Part shown: positions 25,245 to 36,994 of the stretch, one piece after another
Layout: each line of letters starts with the position of its first letter
How positions within the stretch are numbered: position 1 is the stretch's first letter
From: Proteromonas lacertae
Lineage: Eukaryota
Direction: 5' to 3'
DNA length: 64,000 nt
Assembly (NCBI GenBank): GCA_002245135.1
Contig: NGBS01000303.1
Span: forward strand, 62,001-126,000
Notes under the pieces: model-generated
Told to the model about the DNA's origin: nothing
The model's database searches: none
The model's input: the letters and a program-made list of their open reading frames with translations, nothing else
Made by a program: the position numbers and the translations under genes

Positions 25245-26907
25245 ATGCCAAAAAGACCTTGCTGTTTCTTAGAAGTTACAATAGATGGTGTAATAATTGG
25301 GAGATTGGTCATTCAATTATTCTCAGATATTGTTCCACAAACTTGTGAAAATTTTAGATGTCTTTGTACTGGTGAAAGAGGAGAAGGTAAAAAATGTACA
25401 TTATGCTATAAAGGTAGTACTTTTCATAGAGTAATCCCAGGATTCATGTGTCAAGGAGGTGATATAGTAAAAGGAGATGGTACAGGAGGAGAATCAATAT
25501 ATGGTAAAACATTTAACGATGAAAATTTCAAATTACATCATAAACGAGCTGGTTTAGTCTCAATGGCAAATGCTGGTCATGATACTAACGGAAGTCAATT
25601 TTTCATCACATTCAATAGAGCCTCATGGTTAGATGGTAAACATGTCGTATTTGGTGAACTGATAGCAGGATTTGATGTATTAAAAGAAATAGAAACCCGA
25701 GGTACAAGTAGTGGTATAACAAAACATGAAATATTGATATCAGATTGTGGACAAATATTAGATTCAGGCGTAGAAATGAAATATGATGAAGTAGAAACAA
25801 TGGACGAAACTATACGAAGGTTATTTATTGAATTAAATCCAGATAATAGGAATAAAATAGATCAAGCAGTAGCTGATGAAGAATATCGAAATAAAAATAA
25901 AGCAAACAATGATAATAATGGTGAAGAAAATGAAGACGAAGTGAATTCATTAGAAGATAGTGCAATATTAACAATACCTGTTGATGAATTACCACGATTA
26001 ATAAAGAAAATTGGTGCTTGTGTAACATTGGAACAAATAAATGAAATGGTCGAACAATTAGATCCAGATAGTAGAGGTGAAATAGAATGTGAATCATTTA
26101 TAGAATATTGGAAGAATCGAGATGTGGTTTTTCAACCTACAAAACCTCCAGAATTAATAGAACAACGAAGAAATGTAAAAGCTGCTGAACAAGATGCTTT
26201 ATTGCTGCAAAATAGAATTGCTTTGTTAAAGACAGAAGAAGAAAAAGCTTGGAAAAGAATTGATGCAGCGAAGAAGAAAGTAGAAGAATTAAATAAAATA
26301 AAAGCTGAATATGATGAAAAACAAAGAAGAAAGGACGAATTAGAAAAACAAAAATATAGAGAATTAATGATAAATCAAGATAAAAATTATTTACAAAAAG
26401 AAATGTCTAGAAAAGCAAGAATGGAAGCCCAAAGGCAATTGGCTGAAGAAAGGCAAAGACAAGTGGATGAATTAAGAAGATTAAAGACAGAAATGTCAAT
26501 TCAAAGACATAAAGAGAGAGAAGAATTAGAATCTAAATTACATTCAAGTGCTGCTATGATAAAAGAACAAGAAAAAGAACAAAGAAAGAAGAGAGAAGAA
26601 GAAGAAAGGAAGAGAAAAGAGGAGAATAGAAGAAGACACCAAGAGATTATAGAAAAAGAGAAAATGAAACATCAACAATTAGAAACAACCGTAAAAACAC
26701 TAGAACAAGAAGAACAAGATATGATAAAAAGACTTCAAAAAGCTCAGAAGTATCAGAAAGAAGCATATACTCAATTACAACAGACAATTGAAGTTACTCA
26801 AGGTTATAAAGGTTCTACAACTGTTAGTGGAATTAGTACTCCTGTTTCAAGAATGTCAGTAGCGAAAAGTATGAGTCCTTTCATCACCCAATTCACAAAT
26901 GGAATAA
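25245..26907 (+). CDS. Cyclophilin PPIase + EF-hand + coiled-coil fusion (true stop probably 26905-26907 after a 1-nt indel near 26879)
   Basis: [19 protein letters not shown]...[15 protein letters not shown]...[12 protein letters not shown]-hand [13 protein letters not shown]; long E/R/K coiled coil. Confidence 0.85.
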
Positions 26908-26969
26908 AAAATAATAATAATAACTCATTAATTAGACTTAGAAATAATAATAATAATAAAATCTCTCTA

Positions 26970-27565
26970 TTATTCTTCTACTTTTACTTTTTTGGGTTCT
27001 TCAACTAAAGAATCTTCTAATTTACGTTTCTCCGGTGTAGAGCTTTCTTTAGTATTATCATTGCTCTCAGTAAGTAATGGAGTTGATTTTACACTGTCTG
27101 GAGACTCCTTTTCTTTCAAATCTTCTTCAGTTTTCTCATTTGGAGTATCAACCTTAGATTCTTCAGTTGTCTCATGTGTAACAGGTGTTATAGTAGATGT
27201 AGTAGATTCGTTTTCAGATGTTGGCTTACTTTCATCGATCTTTGAATCCTCAGAAGTAGCTGCAGTTTTGGGTTTATCTTCTGCAGTATCAGCTTTATCC
27301 TCAGCTGTTGATGACTTTACCTCAGGATTAGCTTCAACTTTAGATGATTTTGATGAAGATTCTTCTGTATTTTGTTGTGCTTGTGATTCCTTAGCTTCTA
27401 CAGCGGTGGATGGAGCAGCTTCAGCTGGCTTTGGTTCGCTCTCTACTTTTGGAGGTAATGATTCTGCAATGGCGGTAGTCTAAATAACTCTATAAATAGT
27501 ATAAATACATCAAGTGGTTCAGTATTAACAGCTTCTGGTGTGATTTGTTCTTGGGCAGTTGACAT
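26970..27565 (-). CDS. Acidic disordered protein with C-terminal bipartite NLS (1 intron; missed by ORF track)
   Basis: [19 protein letters not shown], intron 27480-27508, then open E/S/T/K-rich frame ending [19 protein letters not shown]. Confidence 0.8.
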
Positions 27566-27729
27566 ATTATAAGAGTTTTAAAAGTTTATGAAATATTGAA
27601 AGAAAAGTGCTAATGGTGATTTTGGCGGGTTTTTAATTCAAATAATTAACCAATGATCTTGTAGGATCAAATCTATGTTTTAGCCAATAGAAATGCACCA
27701 TTTCGGTTTTTTGGCTGAAAGTTGTGAAT

Positions 27730-28807
27730 ATGTCTTCGTTGAATTGTTGTGGAATTTCATTAGTATATAATGATACAATTGCATCACCGGTGAAAATTCT
27801 CGTTAACAATGAAGAGATCAGCTCAAAATCACCTTTTTATTCCACATTGGTTTTCAAATGGTTATTATATATTAGTTTAATTTTTTAGGCTAAAGAATAA
27901 CCCAAATGATGAGGATGTGCACGAGTTGAAGTGGATTAAAGGATCAACGTACTTCCCTACGCTGGATGATGTGGGATGTAGTATTATTGTTGAAATTAAA
28001 GATGCTTTAAAGAGATTCTATAATCATACTCTGATATTACAGACTACAATCCTTGAATTAGGTAACTATTAGAATTTATCCTGATCTGTAGATCCCCAAC
28101 TAAAATTTGATTATCATATATACGACAAATTCGGTTTAGCCAATTTCTGTGTAACTATATCATCCATAAAATGCAAATACAAACCACCTCTCATTAATCC
28201 CTCAAATATAAAATCAACTCTTCTTATAACACCAGAATTTCTTAAATTTGATACATCTTCACTTCATCTATGTGATAATTCCATACCTCCCCTTCTATTA
28301 ATCCCTATAACTGATGATTTAAAGATAAAATACACACACTCAAATACCAACTGTTTAATTGTTGTTACACAAAATAAAACCATCAAATTCTTCACTAATA
28401 CACTATATAATAGTAATATAATAGTCTATATAATTCGAAAAACACAGCAAAATGATATGAAAATGATTCATTGTAATATAGAAAGTATAACAAGCAGTAA
28501 TATAAATGAAAGTTATTTTTATACTATTTTACAAATCATTGAAGATGAATATAAAGCTAATTTGTCTATTATAAGGAATGAAATTATAAAGAAAGATGAA
28601 ATAATTGATGAATTAAAGAATGAAATGGTTAAATATATGAATCAAAACTTGAAACAAAATAAAAAGATAAAAGAATATGATAACACCCATAAAATCAATG
28701 AATTGAAGAGTATTATCAACTCATTAACTGGAGAACTGGTAAAGAAAGATAAAATCATTGAAAAACTCACATTTTCAAGTCTAATTGAAAGATCTCTCAG
28801 TTTATAA
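27730..28807 (+). CDS. Protein with AIR9/A9-like Ig repeat and C-terminal coiled coil (2 introns)
   Basis: Spliced frame open from ATG 27730 into the 28457 ORF; FKW...TYFPTLDDVGCSIIVE resembles the A9 repeat. Confidence 0.55.
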
Positions 28808-28871
28808 CTAATTATTACCCTTAATTAATATATAATAGAAAAAAACAAAAAGATTAAAAACATTTATTTTT

Positions 28872-29466
28872 CTATTGTTTGTTATTAGCATAATAATCTG
28901 CTGAATCAAACCTATTATTCTTACCTGCTGCCATCTTCTTTGCCAATAATGCTTTAGCACCAGAGCCAGTTCCCATTCCTGCATATTTTGGCTTAGCTTT
29001 TGGTTCTTCTACAATTCCTTCAGTTTTTGGTTCTCCAGCCTCAGTTGGTTCATCTTTCTTTGATGTTTCTTTCTTTGGTTCATTTTCTGCTTTAGAGTAA
29101 TAATCAGCTGAATCAAATCTGTTATTTTTTGCTGCTGCTAATTTTTTAGCTAATAAAGCTTTTGCTCCTGAACCTTTACATAAACCAGCATAATTTGGTT
29201 TTGGTTTATCTTCCTCTGGTGCAGTTGCTGGAGCTAGGTTTTCTGGTGGTAAGGGAATTTCAACCATATGCTGTTGATTTTTTGCTTCGAGTGCAGCTTT
29301 GCTTCTTGGTGATAAACTGACTGAATCATTACCTGCTTCTATTGGTTCACTAGTAAATCCTGCAACACCACAGTTTATGGCTCTTTTACTATTTGGTGTT
29401 AATACTCCACTCATTTCTTCATCACTAGAATGATCTATAAAATAATAAAGCTTTGGCAATACCCAT
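28872..29466 (-). CDS. Endosulfine/ARPP-19 family PP2A-B55 inhibitor with duplicated domain (4-nt first coding exon)
   Basis: Two copies of KP.YAG...GSGAKALLAKK.AA.KNNRFDSADYY; ATGG then a 28-nt GT-AG intron gives MDHSSDEE. Confidence 0.82.
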
Positions 29467-29915
29467 AATTTAGAAATATAAAAATATGATTAATAAAATT
29501 ATAGTCGTTGAAGTCAGTTTGATTTAATAATTCAATAATGTAAGTGTATATACTCATTGGAAATTGTTGTTCTATATCACATTTTGTTATTCAATTAAAA
29601 TGCATAAAAATAAACTCTTTTGTTAAATTTCTATAGATTTAAGCATTTCTTACAATTTATACAACATATTTTATATATATTACACTTATCAATGTAAATA
29701 TCTTATAAAATTCATTATAGAAGTTCAAAAAATAATCCATGTCTTTTGTATCTTATATTTCTTATTAGATAAGATTGGAGTATTAACTCCCCTCTTCATG
29801 TGTTCTGTTATATATGAGGAATGTAAAATACCAAATACAAATTTTGATTCAAGCCTTTTTTGTAGGTTTGTCGTTATAAGTTTTTTTTTTGGTTATCTTA
29901 TGTTATTATAAGTCG

Positions 29916-31731
29916 ATGGGATGTTTATTTTCTGAGATGTATAATATCTAATTTATTTTTAGAGAATTAACTGATATACCTTTTGATCCGAGTGTTGTGA
30001 GTCTGGCTCACTTTGAGATACAAAGAGTCCTTGGAAAAGGAGGTTTTGGTAAAGTATAATTTTTATAATCTATTCGTAAGGTTAACGCTGTAATGAAACT
30101 AACAAATCCTAACAAAGGTCGTTGGTTTGCTATGAAAACAATACAGAAACACTTATTAGTAAAATCTAAAAATAGAGAAAAATTACGTAATAACATATTT
30201 GCAGAAAGAAATATATTAGCTACAATTCATCACCCATTTATTTGTAACATTCATTGTATCACTTAATCACTTTACATATACTATGAATAGATGCCTTTCA
30301 AGATGAAGTCTTTTTATATTTAATTATGGATGTTGCTTTAGGAGGTGATCTATTGTATCAATTACAAAAAACAGTGGAAGGATTTCCAGAGGAAAGGGCA
30401 AAATTTTATATAGCGCAATCAATAATAGCCTTAGAATACTTACACAATCTTCAAATTCTTCATCGTGATATAAAGCCAGCTAATATGTTGATGGATGAAT
30501 GTGGATATATAAAATTAAGTGATTTTGGTTTGTCCCGTAAATTGTTAAATGGTATTTGTACAGAAGGAGGAGGAACAAATATCCTTTTTTAATTTTTAAA
30601 TTTTTCAAAATTTATTTTTTCTTTAATTTTAATTGTTTAAGAACATATATTGCTCCTGAGTTATATAGAAGTCACAACCATCTACATGGAATGCCAGCAG
30701 ATTGGTTCAGTATTGGAGTAACACTATTTGAATTCCTAACACAAAAACGACCATTCAATGAAGAAACAATAAAAAAGAAGAAATATGAAAGTGAGCGAAG
30801 ATGTCGACATAAAAAGAAATATTTAAAATACTGGAAATTCAAAGGATGTGATCATGTTAGTGATAATTGTAAATTATTTATTCAAAGTCTATTAATATTT
30901 AACCCTGAATATCGATTAGGAACTAAAAGTATAGATGAAATTAAAAAACATCCTTGGTTTGATGGGTTTGACTGGAATGGTCTCTTAGAGTTTAACTATT
31001 CGAATGTTCCATTTGTCCCTGATCTGAGTAAAGCGAATGTGAATGGAAATGCTGATATTGATGCTTGTTTAGATAGTTCTAATGCAGAACCAATTCCAGC
31101 ACATTTACAAGCGATGTTTAATGGATATGAATTTAATACTGAGATAAAACCAGATGAGCAAGATTTAACATTTGTACCAAAATCAAAGAAAGAAAAGGAA
31201 AAACAAATGAAACAGAGGAAAAAAACACTTGCTGCAATTGCTCCATTACATCAACCACCACCAACAGTACAGAATCCAAGTAATAATAATCCACACTTAA
31301 CTCCTCAACATACTAAGAAATCAGTAACATCAATGCATTCACGATTAGATACACTAAGAGCACATGCTCGAGATGATAAATTAGTAAGTGTATCATATTT
31401 AGGACCAACTGATTTTGAAGATGAAGATATGAACAGTGATGAAAGTACTAGAGAATTTGGAGGATTAGTAAGTGGAGAAATGGTTGATGATGATAGTGAT
31501 GATGAAAAGAGAGAAGAAGAACATAATTATGAACATGAAAGTAGTAGGAAACAGATGAAAGTAGTGATGTCTCAACCAGGTGTAGTGTGTTTAAGGACTT
31601 ATGGATCAACGAAGACGAATGATACTCATTCAACCACAAAGACTGGTAATAATGCGAGTGATTGTAGTGAGATGAATAAATTAATAAATAATGAAATAGA
31701 TGATGATTATGATGATAATACACCAGGATAG
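29916..31731 (+). CDS. AGC Ser/Thr kinase, STK32/YANK-like (4 introns including one U12-type)
   Basis: MGC N-terminus; LGKGGFGKV, FAMK, GGDLLYQL, HRDIKPANML, DFG, GT..YIAPE, AGC tail PFVP. Confidence 0.88.
30579..30640 (+). other. U12-type intron, AT-AA, 62 nt, in kinase activation loop
   Basis: Perfect ATATCCTTT donor; in-frame stop inside; removal restores GT-R-T-YIAPE. Confidence 0.8.
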
Positions 31732-31879
31732 AATTTAAAAATAAAAAAAGAAATTATAATAATATACATATATATATTTATTTATTGTAAAATATATTCA
31801 TATTTATTATGTTTTATATTATTTATTTTTGTTTTTTGTTGGATATATTTTTAAAATAAAAACATAAGAAGTAATTTAC

Positions 31880-32731
31880 TTAATTTAATATTTGTTCAAC
31901 AAATATATTACATCCAAATACTTTTTGAAAATGAACTATATAACTTCTTCTATTGATGAAATTAATAAATAATATAATATGATATTATACTTTATTTCAT
32001 TCATTGTTATTTGTGGTATAATTTGTTGGATAGAACACACTTCTTTACCAACTAATCCACATGGAATAATTCTATTAAATCCACTTAAATCATTCACTAC
32101 ATTTATTGAACAACCATGGATTGTAACCCAACTAATAATCATTATAATAATATAAACATACTGATTTACATGTATTCCACATGCTGCAATCTTTTTATCA
32201 TTAACCCAAACACCTGTCATTCCTTTTATTCTATATCCTTTTATTCCGTAATCATTTAACACATTGATTATTACTTCTTCTATCTATGTCAATAATTCAT
32301 TAAAACATATTTAATACATTACGCAAGTACCAATGTAGATCTTGCTTGAAATAATGAAGATCTAGGATCGGATATACAACTAATTGACCTGGATTATGAT
32401 ATGTTACTTGACCTCCTCTTTCTATTCTGTGAATTTCGTAATTTTTGTCTGTTATATCGAATTTTACATTATCTAAAGTTGCTCCTCTTCCTAATGTGTA
32501 ACTAAATAATAAATCAACTGATAAATACACTGGTGGATGTTGAACCATTATTATTGTGTTTTGTACTTTATTTTTGAATATATCATTTTGTATACCCTTT
32601 TGCAATTTCCAAACTTCAGTGTAATTCTTTAAACCCAAATCTAATAATCTACAGTCCTTTGAAGATGAATATGTTGATGCAAATTTTCGTATTAGTTTTA
32701 CATTTTTGGATATATATCGAGAGAAACACAT
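31880..32731 (-). CDS. lipB: Lipoyl(octanoyl) transferase LipB/LIPT2 with mitochondrial-type presequence (4 introns)
   Basis: QHPPVYTLGR, ERGGQVTYHNPGQLVVYPILDL, TGVWV..KKIAACGI, TIHG.SINV..DLSGF..IIPCG. Confidence 0.93.
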
Positions 32732-32849
32732 TATTTTTTATAAAATATTTGATAAGAGAATCAAGCCTATATATGTTTTATACTCTTTTATTTCATTATA
32801 TAACATATCACACAAAAGTATTCATACACAACAGATATAAATATAAATA

Positions 32850-34340
32850 TTAAAACTCCAAAATTACTTCATCATCATCTAAATGTTCGATAATCTTCTC
32901 AACATCAAGACTTGTTTCAGGATATTTACCATATCTACCATTCTCAATAAAATACTCAATCTCAGGAATAATCAACTCATTTTTATAACTTTTCAACTTC
33001 ATTTTCTTATGTTCCCTCCTACTAATATAAGCACCTGCATCTATCAACCTAACATTATTCAATTGCACACCTAAATCAGTTTTCGCTTTATTATTCTCCT
33101 TAACATACACATTATACTCATATCCTTTAAACAGTTCATTTTGGTTGGGCGGTAATGGTTTCAATACTTCTTCTTCTTCAAAAAATGCCCTCACATCAAA
33201 TGTACCATCACAATTTGCTCTATGAACATTTGGTTTGAATGGAATAGCTTTCCATTTTCTTTCTCTCAATGTATTCCAGTCAAAACCCTCAAAGAATGGA
33301 TGATTCTTTATTTCCTTCACATCTGTTGCTCCTAATCGATATTGTGGATTGGCTATTAACAAGCCTTGTACAAATAAACGACAATTATCACTATATTCCT
33401 CTAGACCATGTAAATGTGAGGCATTTACTTCTGTTTTTAATCTTCTCGCCTTTTCTTTCTTTTCATAAGGTAACATTTGTATAGTGTTTTTGTCATAAGG
33501 TCGACGAGTTGTTAATAACTCGTACATTGTTACACCAAGACTGAACCATTCAGCTGCAAATGTATGTGCGTGTTTTAAATTACGATATAATTCTGGAGCT
33601 GTATAACCTAGTGAAAGAATATTGAATTAAAAAAACTTTACAAATTGAAATAAAAATGAAAAAAAAAAGATATAAGTTCCTCCACCTTCTCTACATATTC
33701 CAGTTGGGACACGACGTGATAAACCAAAATCACTTAGTCGAATATATCCTTCTTCATCCATCAACATATTGTCTGGTTTTATATCTCGATGAAGAATCAT
33801 TTCTTTATGTAGATATTCTAATGCTAATATTATTTGTGCCATGTAAAACTGAGTTCTCATTTCAGTAAATGGTTTTCCTCCATTTTGTCTCAACTATTCA
33901 GTAAATTGACAATTTTATACTTGATATCTTAAATCACCTCCTAATGACAAATCCATTACAATATATAAGTTGAGTTCATCTTGGAAAGCATCTTTAAAAA
34001 AGAATAAATATTAAGATATACAATAACTGTTACAAATGAAAGGATGCTTTACAACTGCTAAAATATTTCTTTCTGCAAATACATTTGATCTAGCTTTATC
34101 AGCTTTTTTAGATGTTAGTAACAGTTGTTTATGAATTGTCTTCAGAGCGAACCACTGACCTTGATATGGCGGCGATAATTTTATAACTGCATTGACTCTT
34201 CCAAATCCTCCTCTACCTAAAATTCTTTGAACTTCAAAATGATCTAGTCCTACAATATCAGGATTGTATTTCACAGGTGGTTGTTGTCTATAATTCGGAT
34301 ATTTACTTTATATTATATACTTCCCTCCACATATACCCAT
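32850..34340 (-). CDS. AGC Ser/Thr kinase, STK32/YANK-like, paralog of 29916..31731 (4 introns including one U12-type)
   Basis: MGICGGK N-terminus; [43 protein letters not shown]...ANCDGTFD. Confidence 0.9.
33611..33673 (-). other. U12-type intron, AT-AC, 63 nt
   Basis: 5' ATATCTTTT, 3' TTTCAC, in-frame stop inside; removal restores GT-L-G-YTAPE. Confidence 0.9.
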
Positions 34341-34384
34341 CTCTTTAATAAAGTAAATAAACGATTGTTTATAACGTCTCTATT

Positions 34385-34420
34385 TTTTGAAACATTCAAA
34401 AGGCGGGTTTTCGCGTTTTC
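34385..34420. promoter_or_regulatory. E2F/CDE-like and CHR-like elements in the kinase/MCM8 divergent promoter
   Basis: GC-rich GGCGGGTTTTCGCG in AT-rich DNA, adjacent TTTGAA/TTCAAA. Confidence 0.4.
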
Positions 34421-34499
34421 TGATTTATTGAGGCATTTATAAGATATATTGATCTAATATTATTAAATTTTAATTTATTTCAATTTATAATTTAAGATA

Positions 34500-36927
34500 A
34501 TGGCAAGATCACAAAGTGATGAATCATTTCTTCAAGAAATCTTCCCTATCTATTTCCCAAAAGATATATTTACAATGAAGAGTGACAAAATAACAGCAAT
34601 CAAAGCTTTTTCGACGTTCTTCTCAAAGAGTGGTTTTAAATTGCTTAAAAATGTATTTATCTGTTATAAACATCAAATTTAAATAGACTCCATGGAAAAT
34701 AGCAGATTCAATCCAAATAGATTTCGAAGAATTTGTCTCACTCTCTAATTTAAGTGATATTACAACCGCATTAATAGATCATTTTGAGAATACAATTAGT
34801 TGTATGGAAGCATCAATATCATTACTTCAATGTTATGCAAATGGTGAAGATTTTATCCCTCACAAAGTATATATAGAAATAATGAATTTAAAACCACTAT
34901 TACCAATGAAAAATATCAAAGCAAATTGTATTAATAAATTCATATCAGTAAGAGGTACAGTCGTTAGAACATCCAAAATACAGCCACAAGTAATTACATT
35001 ACCATTTACATGTAATACTTGTTCAGCAATAACAGAAATAGTATGAATATATATATATATATATAAATGTATTTAATTGATTAGAATTATCAAGATGGTA
35101 TATTCTCTTATCCAGTAAAATGTTCAAATCAAGGATGTAGAGGTAAAAGATTCACTCCATTACGTAAACAAGTATTAACAATGGATTGGCAAGAGATAAA
35201 ACTGCAGGAAACAGACAGTGATGATGTTGAAGCTGGAAGAGTACCAAGAACATTAAAAATAGAATTAACCAATCAATTGGTAGATAGATGTATACCAGGA
35301 GATGTAGTAGAAATATGTGGTTTAGTGAAAGTATAAATATTTGTTATATATATATATATAGTGTAAGAAAATTAATAATTATAATACCAAGATGGAGAGT
35401 AGTATATATGTTTTATATTTAGAAGCAAATTCAGTAAGATCTGGTAAAGTATTAATTTATTATTATATATATATGTTTAGAGTGATAATGATGAAGAATT
35501 AGATACTATGGAATTCAGTGCAAGAGATATGTATGCAATACAAACAATCGCACATGAAAAGAATATATTTCCATTAATCGTCCAATCATTATGTCCATCT
35601 ATCTATGGTCATGAAATAGTCAAAGCAGGTTTGGCTTTAGCCTTAAGTGGTGGTACAAATATAGGAAGTGGTAGTCATTCTGATGAAGATAGTAGCAATT
35701 GTGGTAGTAATAATGTAAGAGGTTCAATTCATGTGTTATTAGTAGGAGATCCTGGTTTAGGTAAAAGTCAATTATTAAAGACAGTAGCTACATTATGTCC
35801 AAGAGGTGTTTATGTATGTGGTAATATCACATCTACTGCTGGTTTAACCGTCACTATGACTAAAGAGAGAGATAGTCAAACAGGTTTGGAAGCTGGTGCT
35901 TTAGTGTTGAGTGATAATGGTATTTGTTGTATAGATGAATTGGATAAGATGGGAAATGAACAAGATTCTCTATTAGAAGCAATGGAACAACAATCTATAT
36001 CTGTAGCTAAGTCTGGTATGCTTTGTACATTGTCTGCTAGAACAACAATTATTGCAGCTGCTAATCCAAATGGAGGGAATTATAATAGAGGTAAAACAAT
36101 AATGGATAATTTAAAAATGAATCCTTCTCTACTTTCAAGATTTGATTTGATATTTATATTATTAGATGAATCAGATAGTATACATGATAAGTTAATTTCA
36201 AGACATATTATGAAAGTTCATAAGACAAATCAAAACACTCAAAATATTGTGTATAATATATATATATATATTATTGTTTTAATTATTTTGTAATAGTGAA
36301 TTTACAAGAATGAATGTAAATGATTTAGCTTATAGTGAAAAACTCAAACAACAGTGTGCATTAGTAACTGATCCTTTACCTCCTATTTTATTAAGAAAAT
36401 ATATCACTTATGCTAGAAAGTATGTTTTTCCAAAACTATCAAAAGAAGCTGGAGATGTGATTAAAGATTATTATTTAGAGATTAGAAGTTCATCCAAATT
36501 TAATGATACTACACCTGTTACTACAAGGAAGTTAGAATCATTAATTAGACTAGCACAAGCTAGAGCAAGACTTGAATTAAGAGAGATAGTGACTGAAGAA
36601 GATGCAAAAGAGATTGTGTTGTTAATGAAAGAAACTGAGTTAAATGCATTGCAAAATGATATGGGATGTATTGATTTTACTACAAATGGTAAAGGAAAGT
36701 TGAGTAAATCAAAACAAATGAAGGGTGTTGTGAATTTGTTGAATCAACAAGCAGCTAAGAAAAGCTCTGCTATTTTTACATTGGAGGAGATTAAGGATAT
36801 TATTTATAAAAGTAATTTAAAGGTTGAAAATGTAGATGAGATGATACACTTGATTAATGAGCAAAATTATATATTGCTAAAAGGAAATAAGATATATCAA
36901 CTACAAACATCACAATTTTCATATTAA
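34500..36927 (+). CDS. MCM8: DNA helicase MCM8 (5 introns)
   Basis: LIVQSLCPSIYGHEIVKAGLALAL.GG, HVLLVGDPGLGKSQLL, PRGVYVCGN, IDELDKM, LLSRFDL, LYLEANS, T.RKLESLIRLAQARARLELRE. Confidence 0.9.
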
Positions 36928-36994
36928 TTATCGTTTTTATCATGTTTTTTAATAATCTGGTGTTTCAAAATATTTTCGATTAACCAATTTAGAA

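Noticed and set aside
26908..27008. Apparent coding overlap of the cyclophilin ORF with the convergent acidic-protein gene
   Set aside because: The tail (NNNNN...[11 protein letters not shown]) reads like UTR and antisense sequence; removing one T near 26879 gives [10 protein letters not shown] ending at 26907.
26992..27483. 163-aa plus-strand ORF in the track
   Set aside because: Antisense shadow of the minus-strand gene, which has its own ATG, intron and NLS.
28872..31731. Endosulfine next to its Greatwall kinase as a functional cluster
   Set aside because: The neighbouring kinase looks STK32/YANK-like and lacks the long Greatwall/Rim15 insert between DFG and APE.
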